DNA from: Ginglymostoma cirratum
Taxonomy: Eukaryota
Length of the DNA: 63,969 nt
Assembly: GCA_024137785.1 (NCBI GenBank)
Contig: JAHRHZ010000022.1
Location: forward strand, 26,194,792 to 26,258,760
Direction of reading: 5' to 3'
In this document: positions 36,926 through 50,129 of the stretch, piece by piece
Layout of the letters: each line of letters begins with the position of its first letter
Numbering within the stretch: the first letter of the stretch is position 1
Position numbers and translations under genes: made by a program
Notes under the pieces: model-generated
Told to the model about the DNA's origin: nothing
Databases searched by the model: none
The model's input: only the letters and a program-made list of their open reading frames with translations

Positions 36926-37679
36926 AGATGAGTATACAATCAACAGATCAGGACAAGTTGTCAAACCTTCAAAGTATTACATTCAACTTTGAAATGTTAT
37001 AGTTAAAACAGCTTATGAGACTATACATAATTATCAAATTGACAACATGTGCATATGCACAACCATGTATGTTTGTTTGGGATAAGATTTTAACTGTAGA
37101 GAAGAAAGATCTTGTGTTATATTTCACAGTTAGTATGTTAATATACCTTTAAGAGGCTGTGTCGTAGCACATAACCTAAGTGTAAATGGCTCAAGCATGA
37201 ATTTAACTGGGATCACTTAAAGAGTGACACGCTATTAGAAGTATACTTCTCTAAGAAATATAGTATTTGTATATTTTATAGTTAGCAGTAATAAACATCT
37301 GTTGGATACTTTGGTATCCATGCCCAGTTTATTTATATTACGGAAGATTACATAGCATTGCAGCAGCAAGTAAAATATCCTGTTGGATATGAACACACAC
37401 CTTGTTGTGATGCGAGTCTTGCAGGGAAATGCTTATATCAAGTGTGACTGTACAGCATAGCCAAGGGATTCCAGTATCCAGCAGTGTACACACTGCAGTC
37501 AGTTTATTAATTGGATATTGTTCTAGTACCATCTGTTTGAGTTTGCAAAATAATATCGTATGCTCAAAGTGTGATTGTGTTTACAAGATTCAGCTATACT
37601 GAACTGTGCTATTTCACTGAAATTGGCAGCTGCGAAACTGTCTTTATTGTACATGAGCTTGTCCATTTTGTTTCTTCAG

Positions 37680-37769
37680 ACAGTGGATCTGGATGGTGAG
37701 ATCGATTTAAGTAACTGCTACGATGTCACTGAATACGAAGTGCCAAGGAACTATGGATTTCAGATCCAT
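37680..37769 (+). CDS. MPRIP: MPRIP-family exon, PH domain
   Basis: Acceptor tttcttcag and donor gtaagt. Translates [30 protein letters not shown]. Confidence 0.95.
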
Positions 37770-39391
37770 GTAAGTGTAGACTTCACCTGAAATTGCAAGG
37801 TATATTTGTAGAGTTGTATCCATGAGAGGGAAAAGTGTTTGTTTATTTTCAGATAATTCAAGCTTTTAGAAGATTAAGCCAGGAATATTAATTGACCAAA
37901 AGGCAGACTGTGGGGAAGGGATGTGGTGAGAGAGGTAGAGATGGAGTGAGAGTGAGTTCCCTGTGCAGTGATGCCTCAGTAATTTCAAAATTCTCAATGG
38001 TTCTATTATTTTTTTCAACACAGCTGTGTTCTGATAACACAAACACAAACAAATATGCAGGGAGATTGCAGAGATTTACAGGAGAAATAGGGTTGTCATA
38101 GTGGGGAATTTTAATTTTCATAACATAGACTGGGACTGCCATACTGCTAAGGGCTTAGATGGGGTGGAATTTGTTAAATGAGTTCAGGAAAGTTTCCTCA
38201 AGTAGTGTTTAATTAGTGTTCGTGGACTACTTTTTGTAGTCTCTTTCTATAAGTAGTTGTGCAGGGATTTGTCTGCCACTTCAGCTCATGGATCAAACCC
38301 CTGTAGGACTTGCATTGATTTTGTTGAATTGAGAATTACTCCCTAAAGCAGCTGTAAGGTTATTTTGTGGAATAATTTGAGAATACTTTGCAATAGTTCC
38401 CTGTCAATCTGAGTGATGCCAACAAAAACTACTTCATTTGACTCAATAGGGGTTGGTTTCATTGGAGAAATAATTTCAGCTATGAGAAATTCCACAATGG
38501 CCAAGCATTCTTCTATTTCTGGGGTATAAAAGCTCTACTGTGCATTTGGTCTGTGATGTAGCTTGCTTTCAAATGTGTGCTCTTTCAGTACAGGGGATGC
38601 CTTACCTTGCATTTGGTTGGAGCTGTTCTTGAATTGGGAGTGTTCTGATTTAAATCTGGGTGTGGAATTTTAAAATACTTGTTGTCTATCCTTTGCTATA
38701 AGTATCATTACTCTACATTTCTGCTAAACAATCAGGTCAGTGTGAAAATGAGCTAAACATTTACAAAAACTGTATAAGCTGAGTCCCAGTCATCTTAGTG
38801 AATCCTCGTGCTTGTTCACTTTTTGATGTAAGCCTGTGGGTGTCAATATGCCATATCTTTGAGTGTGAATTTCCAGAATTTTATTCACAGCTAAATTGGC
38901 AACAGATGCCCATGGATAATTAAGAAATTCAAAGTATGATTTAAACAAATCAAGCCTGTTCTTCCTGTTTGAGATTGTCCAAATCCCTGAAGTAGATTTC
39001 AGTCTATATATCTGTTTCAGGTTTTTTTAAAAAAAAGTTAATTTGTAGGATGTGGACCTTGTTGGCAAGTCCAGCATTCGTTGTCCATTCTAATTGCCCT
39101 GGAGAACGTGATGGTGAGGTGCCTTCTTGAAACTCTGAAACCCAAGCAGAGCAGGTACAGCCACAGTGCTGTTAGGGTGGGAGTATAAATATCTGAGTCC
39201 CAACTGAAATTCTTCAATTCTCCTCCTGTCATCCTACATGAAACCCAAAATTAGCTCCCAGTCTGTTACTCATTGCCAGTTATCTGTTACGTAATCTTTC
39301 TGATGCTACTCCCTATACAGTTTCAGTACTGTATCTGTGTTTCTGTTGCACTGTATTTAGTGCATCTGCTTTCTTACGATATGTGATCTAG

Positions 39392-39501
39392 ACGAAAGCA
39401 AAGGTGTACACGTTGTCTGCGATGACGTCAGGGATTCGCAGGAACTGGATCGAAGCGATAATGAAAAATGTGCATCCTGTCACTACACCAGATGTGACAA
39501 G
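39392..39501 (+). CDS. MPRIP: MPRIP-family exon, end of PH domain (phase 0/2)
   Basis: Acceptor gatctag and donor gtaggt. Translates [36 protein letters not shown](R). Confidence 0.95.
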
Positions 39502-39584
39502 GTAGGTACCTAGGGAGTTTTCTGTAACCATCACATAATGCTTACAATACCTTACAGTCCTTGATAGCTATCTCTGTGCAGAAG

Positions 39585-40010
39585 TGGTGACATAGTGGTA
39601 ATGTCATTGGATTAGTAATTCAGAACCACCAGCTCATGTCCTGGAGTCGTAGGTAATGTTCTGGACTGGTAATCCAGAATCGGGGCTGATGTTCAGGGGT
39701 CAGGGGTTTGAACCTCACCCTGGCTGATGTTGAAATTTGCATTCAATAAGAGAGTCTGGAATTAGAAAACTAATCTAATGGCAAACATGTAACTACTATT
39801 GATTGTTTTAGAAACCCATATTTACTAATGACCTCTAAGGAAGGAAATCTGCCATCCTTACCTGGCCTGGCCTGGCCTGGCCTACATATGATTCCAGACC
39901 CATAACAATGTGGCTGACTCTTAATTACCCTCTAAGCAATTTAGGGATGGGCAATGGATGCTGCCCTGGCCAATGATGCCCACATCCCATGAATAAATAA
40001 ATAAAAAAAA
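39585..40010 (+). mobile_element. tRNA-derived SINE, same family as 27335-27684, with partly duplicated head
   Basis: The head motif gtaatgt..ctgga.t.gtaat.cagaa occurs twice; shared body and tail; internal (cctgg)4. Confidence 0.8.
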
Positions 40011-41149
40011 TTCAACCATAGAATGAAATAGATTCTGATGCAGAAAATCACTATAATCAAAGACGCAGTGAGGTCCTAATGGAGTTAACCCTGACTGATT
40101 ACACCCTTTCCCACATTCTACCCTCCAATAATATGAGGTCATTAAAAATGTTGCTGTATATGTCCTAATTTGCATTAAATCCCATTCAGCTATGCTTGCT
40201 CACCTACATTGGCTCACAGTTAAGCAATGCCTCTATTTTAAACTTCTCATCCTGACATTCAAACTACTCCATGGGCTCATCCCTTCCCATCTCTTAACTG
40301 ATCCACCATTGGTGGCTGTGCATTCAACTACCTCGGCCCTGAGCTCTGGAACTCCCAAATACCACTCCCCCCATCTTGATACTTTAACAGTACCAAATAA
40401 ATTCACGATATTGTTATTGTTGATGATTACCATCCATCTTCTGAACTTTGCCTTTTACCACATACCACCCCCACCCACAAAATGAAGCGCTTGCAGGCTG
40501 GGGACACGTTGCCATCGTAGGAAATAGTAATATGAACCCAATCTGTCTTTCCCCTTTTTTCACTATGAGAAGCTTCTCTTTGTCTTTCATTGAAAAACAT
40601 TGGTCAAGACGCAGTGTATGTCACCAGAAAAGTTAAAAAGCAATGATCAAAATCAGCAAATATGTTACAGGAAAGGATAGGATGCATGATTTCTCTGTTT
40701 TGTGAAGCAAGACAGGTAGTGTCTGAGGGAAGACCATTTAGTAGACAGTGACACGGAAGAGGTGTAAATGGTGCACCCAGCAAAAAGCAGTAGAGCAAGT
40801 GCACTGAAAGAACGTGATGCATTAAAAGGAAATAATCAGGAAAAACAGGATCATTAGCAAATTTAGTCATTGATATAGAGAGGCACAGAGTTCTGAGCAG
40901 TCTGAGTTAAAACATACTTTGTCAGAGAATGAGCCATTAGCAACATTAAAAAGAGATCTGAGAACAAACTGGGCAGCCACAAACACTGCTTTAGTAGGAG
41001 TTTCTTCAGAAGTTATGCGCCTGACTCTGTCAAATGTTTTGAGAATGTTCACACAGAGAGTAAATGGCCCCAAGAGTTTCAGCAGATTTCCTTGGATCCT
41101 AAGACAGACAGGATCACTACTGGAGTAGGCCACACAACCATTTGTGAAT

Positions 41150-41372
41150 TATAAACAGACTTGCTTGAGAAAGTCAGTGGGTCTAGCAGTATCTGTGGAG
41201 AGAGTAACAAAGTTAATATTTCAAGTCTGAGATGACACTTCTTCAGGGTTCCAAAGAAGATTCATGCAGGAATATAAACATTAACGATGTTTCTCTCTCC
41301 ACAGATGCTGCTAGACCTCCTGAATTTTGCCAGCATTTTCTGTTTATATTTCAGATTTCTAGCATTTGCAGT
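41150..41372. mobile_element. palindromic Penelope-derived element
   Basis: Inverted arms tctagcagtatctgtggagagag / ctctctccacagatgctgctaga around a cttcttcag...aagaaga centre. Confidence 0.7.
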
Positions 41373-41706
41373 TACTTAGCTTTTATCATTTGTAGATTAG
41401 ATGAGACATCACTGTCAAGAGTATTTTGGCAAGTCAGCGGCAACTTATGAGATTTTATGACTACATATTGTCTTTCTCAGGTCATCTGGCAACATTGGGA
41501 GGTCAGTACTTGAAGAATCTGCTTATTTGTGTAGCATAGAACTGGTTTATATATATATGAAGACAGGTTTCACAAACATGACAGGCCCTGTTTTTCATGT
41601 TACTATCCTCTGTATTTCAATTTCTAACGTTACTACCTTTAATTGATTTCTGCTTCTTGTTCTGCAGCTGTTTATGAATCTCTGATTTTCTTTTAAATCA
41701 ACACAG

Positions 41707-41745
41707 GAAGAACTTTCCTCTGAAAATGTCAGTGCTGAAACAAAG
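41707..41745 (+). CDS. candidate 39-nt alternative cassette exon (phase 2/2) of the MPRIP-family gene
   Basis: Pyrimidine tract plus acacag acceptor, and AG|gttgga donor. It preserves frame, has no stop and is phase-compatible with both neighbours; it would add KNFPLKMSVLKQR. Confidence 0.55.
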
Positions 41746-43624
41746 GTTGGAGCCTCAGTCTGTCTCTGTCATGTTTGTTGTTTGTGACCAGCAGCATGAA
41801 TCAGTGATGTTTGTGTTTATTGTGAACATTTCCCAATCTCATCTCCTTCCTTGCCAAAGAGATCCACTCCAAATTCATGCTGTTCTTTCCAACAGTTCCC
41901 TGTATAAAACTCTCTAAACAGTTTTACTGTCCTGCCACAGCACTAAAATAACTTAAACCAAAACCACAAAGAGCATTCTTTGTGACCGTGATCATTGTCA
42001 TTGTAGTTGTTACCATCTCTCTTCAATCTCTGTTCAACCATGGACACGGTCAACCACGTCCGACTGCTCCTCCAATACTTCTGCTCAAAGGGTATAGCTC
42101 ACTTGATTCCAAGTTTACCATTACAATTGTAGCCGGAGCATTTCTACTGAATGTTCTATCTTCGAACCCCCTCCCTTTCCTTACCTACATGCTCTCACCT
42201 TCAAAAATGTAGTCAGCTTCTTGTATACGCTAATGACACTTGGCATTATCTTTCTGTTAATTTTCTTGGCCCCTCCCAGCTATACTGAATTAATTCCCAG
42301 TCATCAGTTACTGTGTTCTTGTTAACCTATGCTAGCTTCTTGATCCCATGCGCCCCATGTTAAAAACTGTCATGTTCATGTTTGAATAATGCTGTAAATA
42401 ATAACCTTCCATTACATCCTTAATAACACCACACCCACCCCAAAATAACTGTGACACCTGCTCTTCATCCCATATCGACCTCCCCAAACTCTATTCCTGT
42501 GATACCTGTGTCTTGTTTAGCTCTCTTTAGCTCACAATTTGCCATTCCCTCCTAGAAATCCTTTCATCCTTTAAAATCTTCCTTAAAGTCCACTTCCTTA
42601 AACATGCCTCTATTACTGACACCTCTGAATATTTCCTTTGTGGCTTGATATCCTTATTTGCTTGAGTTTCTGAAAATGTCATAGATTTTTTTTTCTGCCT
42701 TACATGTGCATTATAAATTCAATTTGTTGTTATTTTATTGGCCCTGTAGAGTTTGTACCAGAATGTTCAATCAATTTGGTATCCGTGTAACAAAAGCTGA
42801 TGTTCTGTGTTTGTGTTAAAATGTTTTTTGCAGGAAATCTGATGATTGTTTCAGCACCTGCAGTATAGTATCGGCTGTACACAGTGCTTAATTTAGAAGT
42901 TGCTCCTTCAAGTTGAGCAGTATATGGTACATAGTGAATTGGTAAATTGAGCCATGATTTAAGATATATATATAAGATCACCAGTTGGCCTAAGAGATTT
43001 TGGTAAGCAGAGAAAAGAAAACCAGCTAGCATTTCTCCACCTGATTATTATCCATTGGTTTATTTTTGAAAGTTCCTACCCAGTGTAGGCCAACTAGTAT
43101 AGCCCCCATGGTGGAATAGCCAGCCAGTACCCCTCTTTTAAGACTTACAATTCACCATTTCTAATTTGCAAATGGCACTGCAGTGTTCCTGAAAATTATG
43201 GAATCATATCTCTGCAACATCCAGCCTGTCTGAAAGAGAATTACAAAGAATTGCATGTAATGTATAGCACAGGCTTATTGGCACAATGCGTCTGTGCCAG
43301 AGATTATAATTGACAAAAATCTCTTCCCACCTTCCATTTGTTTTTGCTAATGGGATGCATGTATTGGTTGGAAGGCCAGGATCTGTTGCAGTCCGTGTGG
43401 CGTGGGTGAATCCATAATACAGTTCAGAAGGTAGATCCAAATTTTTGACCCAGTGGAAAAGAAGAAACATCAATATAGTTCCAGGTTTGGGTAGAGTGTG
43501 ACTCAGTGGGGAACTTGTAGGCGGTACAGATTGCATATTTGGAATGTATTGTTGAAGGAGGCTTAGTCTGTTTCTGAACCCTACGAAGTCTCATAAAATC
43601 AGTCCGCCTACGTCCTCGTCATAA

Positions 43625-45500
43625 ACTTACGTATCTTTGTGTCACCAACAAATTTAGTCATCATATATACTTTCCATCACTTTCTTCAAGTAATTTATAT
43701 ATATCGTAAAATGTTGAGGCCCCAGCCCTCATTCATCTGGTACGCCACTCATTACATCTTGCCACTCAGAAAATGACCCATTTATCCATACTCTGTCACC
43801 TGTTAGCTTGCCAATTTTTAATGCTACCATATTACTCCTGACACCATTAGCTTTTATTTCCTGTAATAACCTTTGATATGGCACCTTACCAAATGACTTC
43901 TGAAATTCCAATCCATTGCATCCGTCTATTTTCCTTTAGCCAGAGCACATTGTTATACTTCAGTGAACTTAAAGAAATTGCTGAAACATGACTCTCCTTT
44001 CACAAAACTATACAGACTCAGCTTGATCACCTTGAACTTGAAGTGTCCTGCCATAACATTAATAATGGCTAATAACATCTTCCTTTTGACAGATGTTAAA
44101 CTAAGAGGCCTGTAGTTTCCTGTGTTCTTTTTTCTCCCTCCTTTTTTTAAACAAATGAGTTATTTTTGCAAATTTTCAATCTAATGGAACCTTACCCAAA
44201 TCCAGGAAAGTTTGGAAAATTAAAAGCTCAAATGTTGGTGAGGTGACTTCCTGTTGATTAATATCTATAGACTCTCCTCAGCCAATGAATCGCGTAGTCT
44301 TCCATATCAAACGCCAGTTGGTGCAGCTTGCAATGGCGCAGAATGAACTGTGGGTAGTGGACTTCAATGACTGTCACTTACAACAGCTTGGTAGCATTAC
44401 TACTGTGTAAGCTGGCCAAGTCCTAAAGGACGTACCTGCCGCAGACCCAGTCCTGGTAAGGGACCACCACACTCTTGTGAAGACAAAGTCCTAATTAATA
44501 TACAAACATACAAAATAGGAACAGAAATAGATCATTTAGCCCCTTGACGCTGCTCTACCTTTTGAAGAAAACCATGGCTGATTTGTTAGTGTTTCAAATT
44601 CCTCATTCCCATCTACCCGCAAAAATGTTGATTTCCCCTGCCTAACCAGAATCTATTCATCTCTGAATTTAAGATGTTCAATGATGTCAACTCCACCACC
44701 TTTTGAAGCACGGAATTCGAAAGTTGCACAGCCTTCTGAGAGAAATCACTTTTCTCATCTCTATCCTGACAAGGCTATCCCAAAGTGTAAAACAATGCCC
44801 CTTAGTTCTCAACGTACCCAAAAGAGGAAGTATCCTTTCCACGTGAGCCTTATCAAGACCATTCAGGATCTTGTGCACTTCAATCAAATTACTGTCACTG
44901 TTCTGAACTCAGTGTAAATAAGCCCAGCCTTTCCAACCTATCTTTATAAGCCAACATGCTTATTTGAGGTGTCAATCAATAAACCCCTGTGAACCCACTC
45001 CAATGCATTTACATCTTCCTTAAGTAAGGAGAACAAAACTGTGCACAGTATTTGTGGTCTACCAATGTGTATAACTGAAACATAACGTTCATACTTTTAT
45101 GTTCAGTTCCTCTTGTAATAAAGAATTGCATTCTATTAGCCACTAATTATTTGCTCTACCTGCATACAAACTTGTTGTAACTTATATCCAGATCACCAAA
45201 ATCCTTCTGGACCTTGGAATTCTGCAGCTGTTGGCCATTTCAGTAATACTCTTTTTTTTTTTATTATTTCTGTCAAAGTGAACACCTTCACATTTTTCCA
45301 CATCGTATCCCATCTTCCAGATTTTTTCCCCTCTCACAATCCGTATTTGTCTGTTTCCAATGTCATCTTCACGACGTATTTCTTGCTTATTTTGATGTTG
45401 TCTATGAATTTAGCTGCCATTCTTTCTCCCCCCTAATCTTAAGTCATTCGTGTAAATTGTGAAAAGCTGACTCCCTAGAACAGACCCTTAAGGATTCCAT
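43625..45500 (-). mobile_element. nested CR1-type LINE fragments
   Basis: Minus-strand ORFs EFQKSFGKVPYQRLLQEIKANGV...WQDVMSGVP and IEVHKILNGLDKAHVERILPL...TKGH. Confidence 0.85.
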
Positions 45501-46239
45501 GTGTCACATCCTGTCAATCAGAAAAAGATCTATTTATGCATACGCCCAGCAGTACAAACTATATTCCTACTTTAGTTTTAGGAGAACACCACCACCTGCA
45601 AATTCCCCACCACACTACACACATCCCGACTTGGACTTATATTGCTGTTTTCTCATTATTGCTAAGGAACTCCCTTCCTAACACCACTGTGTAGGTAGTG
45701 TACAACCATCACCTTCTCCAGGGCGATTAGGGTTGAGCAACAAAAGTTGGCTTAGCAGTGATGGCTACAGCATGTGAATAAAACAAACGCAAACTATGCT
45801 ACTTTCCAAAATCATTCCATGTTATTTGAGTATTCATGTCCTAACAGCTTTTCAGATAGTTTCTTCTGAATTCCCATTTGGACTTGAGTGGCTGTCATAT
45901 TTGTATTTGAATTTTTCTCCTAAAAAACATTTTTTCTGCATCTATCCTATCAAATCTATTCAATTTGTGAATATATAAATATACAAAATGGATGGGCAGA
46001 AAATGATCAACCATTCACTGTACTGATCCCACACTCTGGCCAGTGCATCACAACTGACATCTCGTTCTTGCCCGTCCTTCCCAAAGCCAAGCAGTGTCCT
46101 AATGGAAGAAAACAGCTGGAAAATGAGATTCCAAAGGGCAGCAGCAATCGAGAAGAGAATTATTGAATTATTCAGGATGTAAACCAATGTGTTTAATCAA
46201 CTGCTGGCTGTTATTTTCTTATTCCTTGTTTTCAAACAG

Positions 46240-46804
46240 GAGCATCCCAGAGGAGAAAATGAAAGTAAGAATTCTATTTGAAGGTGCATCAGTCAATGGG
46301 GAAAAGCCAGCATTAATGTCAAAAGATAGACCTAGTTTAGAAGCTGAACCGAAGAAAAGCAGAGCCTGGGAGCGCAGAAAAGAAGGACGCTCCAAAACAT
46401 TTGACTGGGCAGAATTTCGTCCAGTTCAGCAGCGGCCCAGTGGAGGACGTGTCCACAGACCTACGTCCATGTATGTCAGAGACATGGCTAATCCTGCAAC
46501 AGACTCTCAGGAATTGGAAAAGGACCGTGCACGGCGGCGAGAGGAAAGGCGCAGACGATTTGAAATGACTGATGTTTCTATTTCCCCGGGTTACAATGAT
46601 GCAAACAGGATGGAGGTAGATGGGGCCACCACAACCACCATATCCCCGGGACCTAAAAGTGTTGATGTTGAAATTGAGCATAGATGGCAGCAGGTGGAAT
46701 GTACACCATTACGTGAGGAGAAACAAGTTCCTATCCTCACTACACAGACCTCCAGTGAAGGAAGACCTCCTGCCCAGGACTTGATCTTAATACTGGAGAA
46801 GGAG
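46240..46804 (+). CDS. MPRIP: MPRIP-family exon (phase 2/0)
   Basis: Acceptor ttttcaaacag and donor gtaaga. Translates SIPEEK...RRKEGRSKTFDWAEFRPVQQ...RARRREERRRRF...EIEHRWQQVECTPLREEKQVP...LEKE, all hallmark MPRIP motifs. Confidence 0.95.
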
Positions 46805-47479
46805 GTAAGAACTAACTAATCATATATGATTTAGCAGTTGATTTTTCAATTATTCATGGAAACTGTATTTAAATAAGTAGTATTAAAATGATGCATCCTA
46901 ATTAATACGGAAGATAAATAGCTTTCAAAAAGACCACCCTTTAAGGTTCACAGCCCTAACTGACAAGTTTGTCTTCATAACCCAGCCATTTATCGCTTGT
47001 AACATGTGACTGAATCTGTACTATAATTTCATTGCTTCTACATTCCCTGTAGAATAACAAAAATTGTACATAATGTAATCTAATTTCCTAAAGTTCAACC
47101 TTTCTTGTTTGCTTTTATGTTTTCTGTGTCTGTAGAAGTTAAGGACTCTTGTTTAATTGACCTGTCTGCATCTACTGCTTCCTTAATGTCTTGTGTGCCT
47201 ACACAGCTAAGGTTCCCCAATTCTATTTAAAATGGTCCACTTGCTTTGTCTACTTGGATATCTAAAACGTATTATTTCACATTTTCCACATTGAAATGCA
47301 TTTTGTTACACAATCTTTCGCAATCTTTGTCACAATTTACCATACACCCAGCATCTTCAACAAATTTTAATATTTCCTCAGTTTATAATCTCGTTTGGTT
47401 AATGTATGATTGGAGTAAGAACAGCTCCAACATAGACCCAGGTGCAACACTATTAACTACCCCTTTCTTGACAGCAAGA

Positions 47480-47960
47480 CCTTGACATGTAGGAGCAGAA
47501 ACTCGGCCCATTGAGTCTACAAATGAGATCATGGCTAATCTGATAATCCTCAATTCCACTTTCCTACCTTATCAATGTAACCCTTGTGTCCATTACTGAT
47601 TAAAAATCTATCTAAGCCTCGAATATTCTTAATGACACAACCTGTCAGCATCCACCTAGTAAGTTTCATACTAACAATCTTGTGTGTCTCAATAAGGTTT
47701 CCTGACAGTCTTCTAAATTTCAATGATTGTAAGCCCAATCTACTAAAACTCTCCCCATAATACAGTTCCTCCATACTTGGAATCAGTCTAGTGAAACTGC
47801 CTCAAATGCCAGTGTACCTTTCCTTAGATAAGGGCACCAAAACTGTTCTCAATATTCTGGCTGCAATAAGGTTTGATAAATGCTTTGTATATTTTTAGCA
47901 AGACCTCCTGATTTTGATACTCCATTTCCTTTGAATTAAAGGCCAAAACTCTTTTTGCCT
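47480..47960 (-). mobile_element. CR1-type LINE 3' fragment
   Basis: Translates LGLQSLKFRRLSGNLIETHKI and EVLLKIYKAFIKP. Confidence 0.8.
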
Positions 47961-48027
47961 TCCGTTTGTTGAACATGGCTTCCAACATTTTGTTATTGTT
48001 ATGGACCAGACCAAACGCCTGAAAATA

Positions 48028-48652
48028 TGTCACGGAGATAGCCTAAACTCTAACTTTTATCTCATTTAAAGGCAAGTGTTCTGGATGTGATTTAATTTCT
48101 CAAACTATTAGGTTTTTAGAAAAACACACGTTTTAGTCTTATAACACTGATCAAATACAAACAAAAAAGATAACAAGCTAAGAATTGGCATAACTTTAAC
48201 ACTATTAAAATACTTATAAAAGAATATATTATTTAGCTACTAATCATAAACTGTTTGAATATTGCAGCATCTCATAAACACACCCTTGGCAAAGGCAAAT
48301 TCAGCAAAACAGATTTTCTCATGTGCAATCTCCAGTCCGGGAGAAAGGAACACCAAAATAAACAATCTTGCAGCAGAGAAAGAACACAAACTTTTAGCTG
48401 CAGCAGAGAAAAAGCTACACCTAGCAGCTTCAAACTCCAACTCCAACTTCAACTGAAAGCACAACTAAAACCCTGGGTCTGTGTCAGTCTCACTCCACCC
48501 AACTATGCTTCTTTTTTAAAAAAATACACTCTGGGAGCACAAAGCTTTTTACACACTGCTTCTGAATCAACTATTCCGGTAGCACTGGCAATCCCTCTCT
48601 GCAAAAGGAACATCACAGAACAAATCGCTCTTCAAGACATAGTACCACCACA
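48028..48652 (-). repeat. probable solo-LTR-like insertion within CR1 sequence
   Basis: TG...CA-bounded non-coding block interrupting CR1 sequence, with an internal gcagcagagaaa duplication. No clear TSD was identified. Confidence 0.4.
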
Positions 48653-48814
48653 TTATTCATGCACTAGAAACCCCAATCTCCTCCTGTGCTGCTGCTTTCT
48701 GCAGTCTTTCCGTGTTTAAATAAAATTCAGCTCTTGTATTCTTCCTGCCGAAGTGCATAATCTCAGTTTCCCACACTGTATCACATCTGATAAGTTTTTG
48801 CCCATCCATTAGTA

Positions 48815-50118
48815 AAGTGATGGAAGATATCATAAATAGAGCTATCAAGTAGCATATGTTGAGCAATAACCTGCTCAATGATGCCCAGTTTGGGTTCCAA
48901 CAGGGCCACTAAGCTCCTGACCTCGTTACAGCCTTGGTTCAGACCTGGACAAAAGAGTTGAATTCCAGAGGTGATGAGAGTGAAAGTCCTTGATATCAAG
49001 GCCATAGTTGACCAATTGTGGCATCAAGGAGTCCTAGCAAAATTGGAATTAATGGGAGTCAGGGCAAACTCTCCGCTGGTTGGAGTCATACCTGGTGGAT
49101 AGAAAGATTGTTGTTGTTGGAGGTCAGTTATCTCAGCATGGACATATCTTCAGGAGTTCCTCAGGGTAGTGTCCTAGGCCCAAACATCTTCAGCTGCTTA
49201 ATCAAGAACCTTCCTTCCGTTATAAGGTCAGAAGTGGAGATGTTTGCCAATGATTGCATTATGTTCAGCATTATTTGCGACGTATCAGATACCGAAACAA
49301 TCCATGTTCAAATGCAATAAGACCTGAATGATATCCAGGCTCAGACTGCCAATTAGCAAGTAATATTTGTGCCACACAATGCCAGGAAATGACCATCTCC
49401 AATAAGAGACAATCTAATTACTGCCCTTTGACATTCAGTGGTGTTACCATCACTGAATTCCCAACAATCAACGTCCTGGGGATACCATTGACCAGAAACT
49501 CAACTCAACTCACCACATAAACACAATGGCTACAAGAGCAGGTCAGAGACTAGGAATACTGTGGCGAGTAACTCCCCTCCTGACTCCCCAAAGCCTGTCC
49601 TCCATCTACAAGGTACAAGTCAGGAGTGTGATGGAGTACTCCACACTTGCCTGGATGAGTGCAGCTCCAACAATACTCAAGAAGCTTGACATCAGCAGGA
49701 AAAAAACATCTTGCTTGATTGGCACCAATACCAACGCACACTTGCTCCACCACTGACACTCAGTAGCAGCAGTATGTACAATCTACAAGATACACTGCAG
49801 ACTTTCATCAAAGATACTTAGACAACTTCTTGCAACCCACCACCACTTCCTTCTGGAAGGACAAGGCAGCAGATATATGGGAAGTCAACCACCAACAAGT
49901 TCCCCTCCAAGCCACTCCCCATCCTGACTTAGAAATATTTCGCTGTTCCTTCATTGTCGCTGGGTCAGAATCCTGGAAATCCCTCTCAGAGCATTGTGGG
50001 TCAACCTACAACAGGTGGACTGCAGCGGTTCAAGAAGGTAGCTCACTACTACCTTCTCAAGATCAACAAGGGACGGGTATTAATTACAGGCCAGCCAACG
50101 ACACCCAAGTGAATTAAA
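48815..50118 (+). mobile_element. 3' half of a LINE of the tRNA-headed family (RT and C-terminus)
   Basis: Translates SSGVPQGSVLGPNIFSCLIKNLPSVIRSEVEMFANDC and YKVQVRSVMEYSTLAW; the tail is shared with the SINEs. Confidence 0.9.
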
Positions 50119-50129
50119 ATAATTCATTC

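Noticed and set aside
42824-42900. Acceptor-like ttttttgcag followed by a short reading frame
   Set aside because: There is no frame-preserving donor, and an in-frame stop follows quickly.
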